Part shown: positions 62,872 to 64,000 of the stretch, piece by piece
Position numbering within the stretch: position 1 is the first letter of the stretch
Layout of the letters: every line of letters starts with the position of its first letter
From: a virus
Virus record (IMG/VR): IMGVR_UViG_3300025168_000032
Span: 96,001 to 160,000 of that record
Reading direction: 5' to 3' (one strand)
DNA: 64,000 nt
Program-made: the position numbers and the translations under genes
Notes under the pieces: generated by a model
Told to the model about the DNA's origin: nothing
Database searches by the model: none
The model's input: the letters and a program-made list of their open reading frames with translations, nothing else

Positions 62872-62915
62872 GGACAAAAAATGTCCTACCCAAACAGACC
62901 TAAACTACTTATATT
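62872..62915 (+). promoter_or_regulatory. Palindromic early promoter module, copy 11
   Basis: GGACA-AAAAA-TGTCC-TACCCA-N17-TATATT. Confidence 0.85.
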
Positions 62916-62964
62916 ATAGATACAAAACAAACACAAACTTTAACTTTCCAAAAGGAGTCCTATC

Positions 62965-64000
62965 ATGGCTATCGACTTTCGTACTTACAACTCAGTTATT
63001 CACCTCGTCATCAATGCAAAGTTTCCTATACTTATTCGTGGTCGTCACGGTGTTGGGAAATCAGAGCTTGTCTATAAGACAGCAAAAGACCTTGGTCTGC
63101 CTATCGTTGAGCGTCGAGCCTCACAGATGACAGAAGGCGACTTACTCGGCCTACCAAAGGTAGAGAAGGGTATCACTAAGTGGCTTGCCCCTGAGTGGTT
63201 GCACAATGCCTGTAAAAACCCTGTGGTCCTTTTCCTCGACGAGGTTGATCGAGCTACAATGGAAGTCCGTCAAGGTATCTTTGAGCTTTGCGATAGCCGT
63301 AAAATCGCTGGCTACACCCTTCATCCAGATACTCTCATCTTTGCCGCTGTTAACGGTGGAGAGCACGGTGCCCAGTACCAAGTAGGAGAGATGGACCCTG
63401 CTGAACTTGACCGCTACACTGTCTTTGATGTGGAGCCTACTACTGAAGATTGGCTGGATTGGGCTTCTGACCGTGTATCCTCAGAAGTCTGGGACTTTAT
63501 TAACGCTAACCATAGTCATTTAGAGCACAAGGATGAGTATGAGCCTAACAAGGTTTACCCTTCTCGACGCTCTTGGGTTCGCCTTGACAAGGCCCTTAAA
63601 GGCTTAAAGCAAATCGAGCATGGTACTACACTATACCACCTTAGCCACGCCTTCGTAGGTATGGAGGCTGCGGTTGCTTTCAACGACTTCATCCAGAACT
63701 ATGAACGTCAGGTCACTGTAGAAGACATCCTTGACAGAGGTAAGTTTGAACTCATGAAGGACTGGAAAAACAATGATCACCTTGCTCTTATCGAGAAGAT
63801 GAAGGCAGAAAAGATATTTGATGAGGATCTTAGTGATGTTCGCACTGCTAACCTTGCCGAGTATTTCGTAATTCTCCCAAGTGAGATCGCCATGACCATT
63901 TGGACCAACATCGGCAAAGGAAAAGTGCAGTCTAACATCGCAGCTTTCCACGGGCAAATCACAAAAGCTGGCGTAGTTGTTAAAATGCACCTTGTAAAGC
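62965..64000 (+). CDS. MoxR-like AAA+ ATPase, 3'-truncated by window edge (absent from ORF track)
   Basis: AAGGAG RBS; MAIDFRTY...PILIRGRHGVGKS (Walker A), VLFLDEVDRA (Walker B), MDPAELDRY, YPSRRSW; frame read from the start motifs and from 63601 to the window end without a stop. Confidence 0.9.
   Translation, partial: MAIDFRTYNSVIHLVINAKFPILIRGRHGVGKSELVYKTAKDLGLPIVERRASQMTEGDLLGLPKVEKGITKWLAPEWLHNACKNPVVLFLDEVDRATMEVRQGIFELCDSRKIAGYTLHPDTLIFAAVNGGEHGAQYQVGEMDPAELDRYTVFDVEPTTEDWLDWASDRVSSEVWDFINANHSHLEHKDEYEPNKVYPSRRSWVRLDKALKGLKQIEHGTTLYHLSHAFVGMEAAVAFNDFIQNYERQVTVEDILDRGKFELMKDWKNNDHLALIEKMKAEKIFDEDLSDVRTANLAEYFVILPSEIAMTIWTNIGKGKVQSNIAAFHGQITKAGVVVKMHLVK

Noticed and set aside
1-64000. 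Stop-codon reassignment (recoded jumbo phage)
   Set aside because: TAG, TGA and TAA all terminate genes at tight junctions and long conserved genes are uninterrupted in the standard code
1-64000. tRNA/rRNA genes
   Set aside because: No cloverleaf with T-loop GTTCRA and acceptor stem recognised in the intergenic gaps by eye; tRNAscan-SE/ARAGORN would be decisive

Overview
This window is about 64 kb of a large, strictly + strand-coded myophage genome with T4-like (Tevenvirinae-style) virion genes but a bacterial-type replisome. It is not a cellular chromosome. (1) ~1-22.7 kb: head, neck, tail and baseplate genes (scaffold, gp23-like capsid, neck, sheath, two tail tubes, chaperone pair, tape measure, baseplate), most preceded by a late-type motif CTA(T/A/G)TTA. 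(2) ~22.7-54.9 kb: replication, nucleotide and proteostasis genes (minimal PolA, divergent tubulin/FtsZ, gp32-like SSB, RecA, 5'-3' exonuclease, DnaB, class II RNR, ThyX, dUTPase, DnaE, two ClpP, GroES, GroEL, J-domain protein, endolysin), driven by TTGACA-N16/18-TAnnnT promoters. (3) ~55.3-64 kb: an early/accessory region built from 11 copies of an unusual promoter module (palindrome GGWCA-N5-TGWCC abutting a non-canonical -35 TACCCR, 17-bp spacer, TAnnnT, then usually a CCAAGGAG RBS). This region holds 15 of the ~24 small 'GDLV' SH3/KOW-like genes, five of them joined by a near-identical 30-bp junction repeat, plus two proteins with retroviral-type CCHC zinc knuckles and a MoxR-like AAA+ ATPase that runs off the end. 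The most distinctive candidate system is this promoter- and repeat-delimited mini-gene cassette array. All product names come from motifs recognised by eye; no database searches were run.
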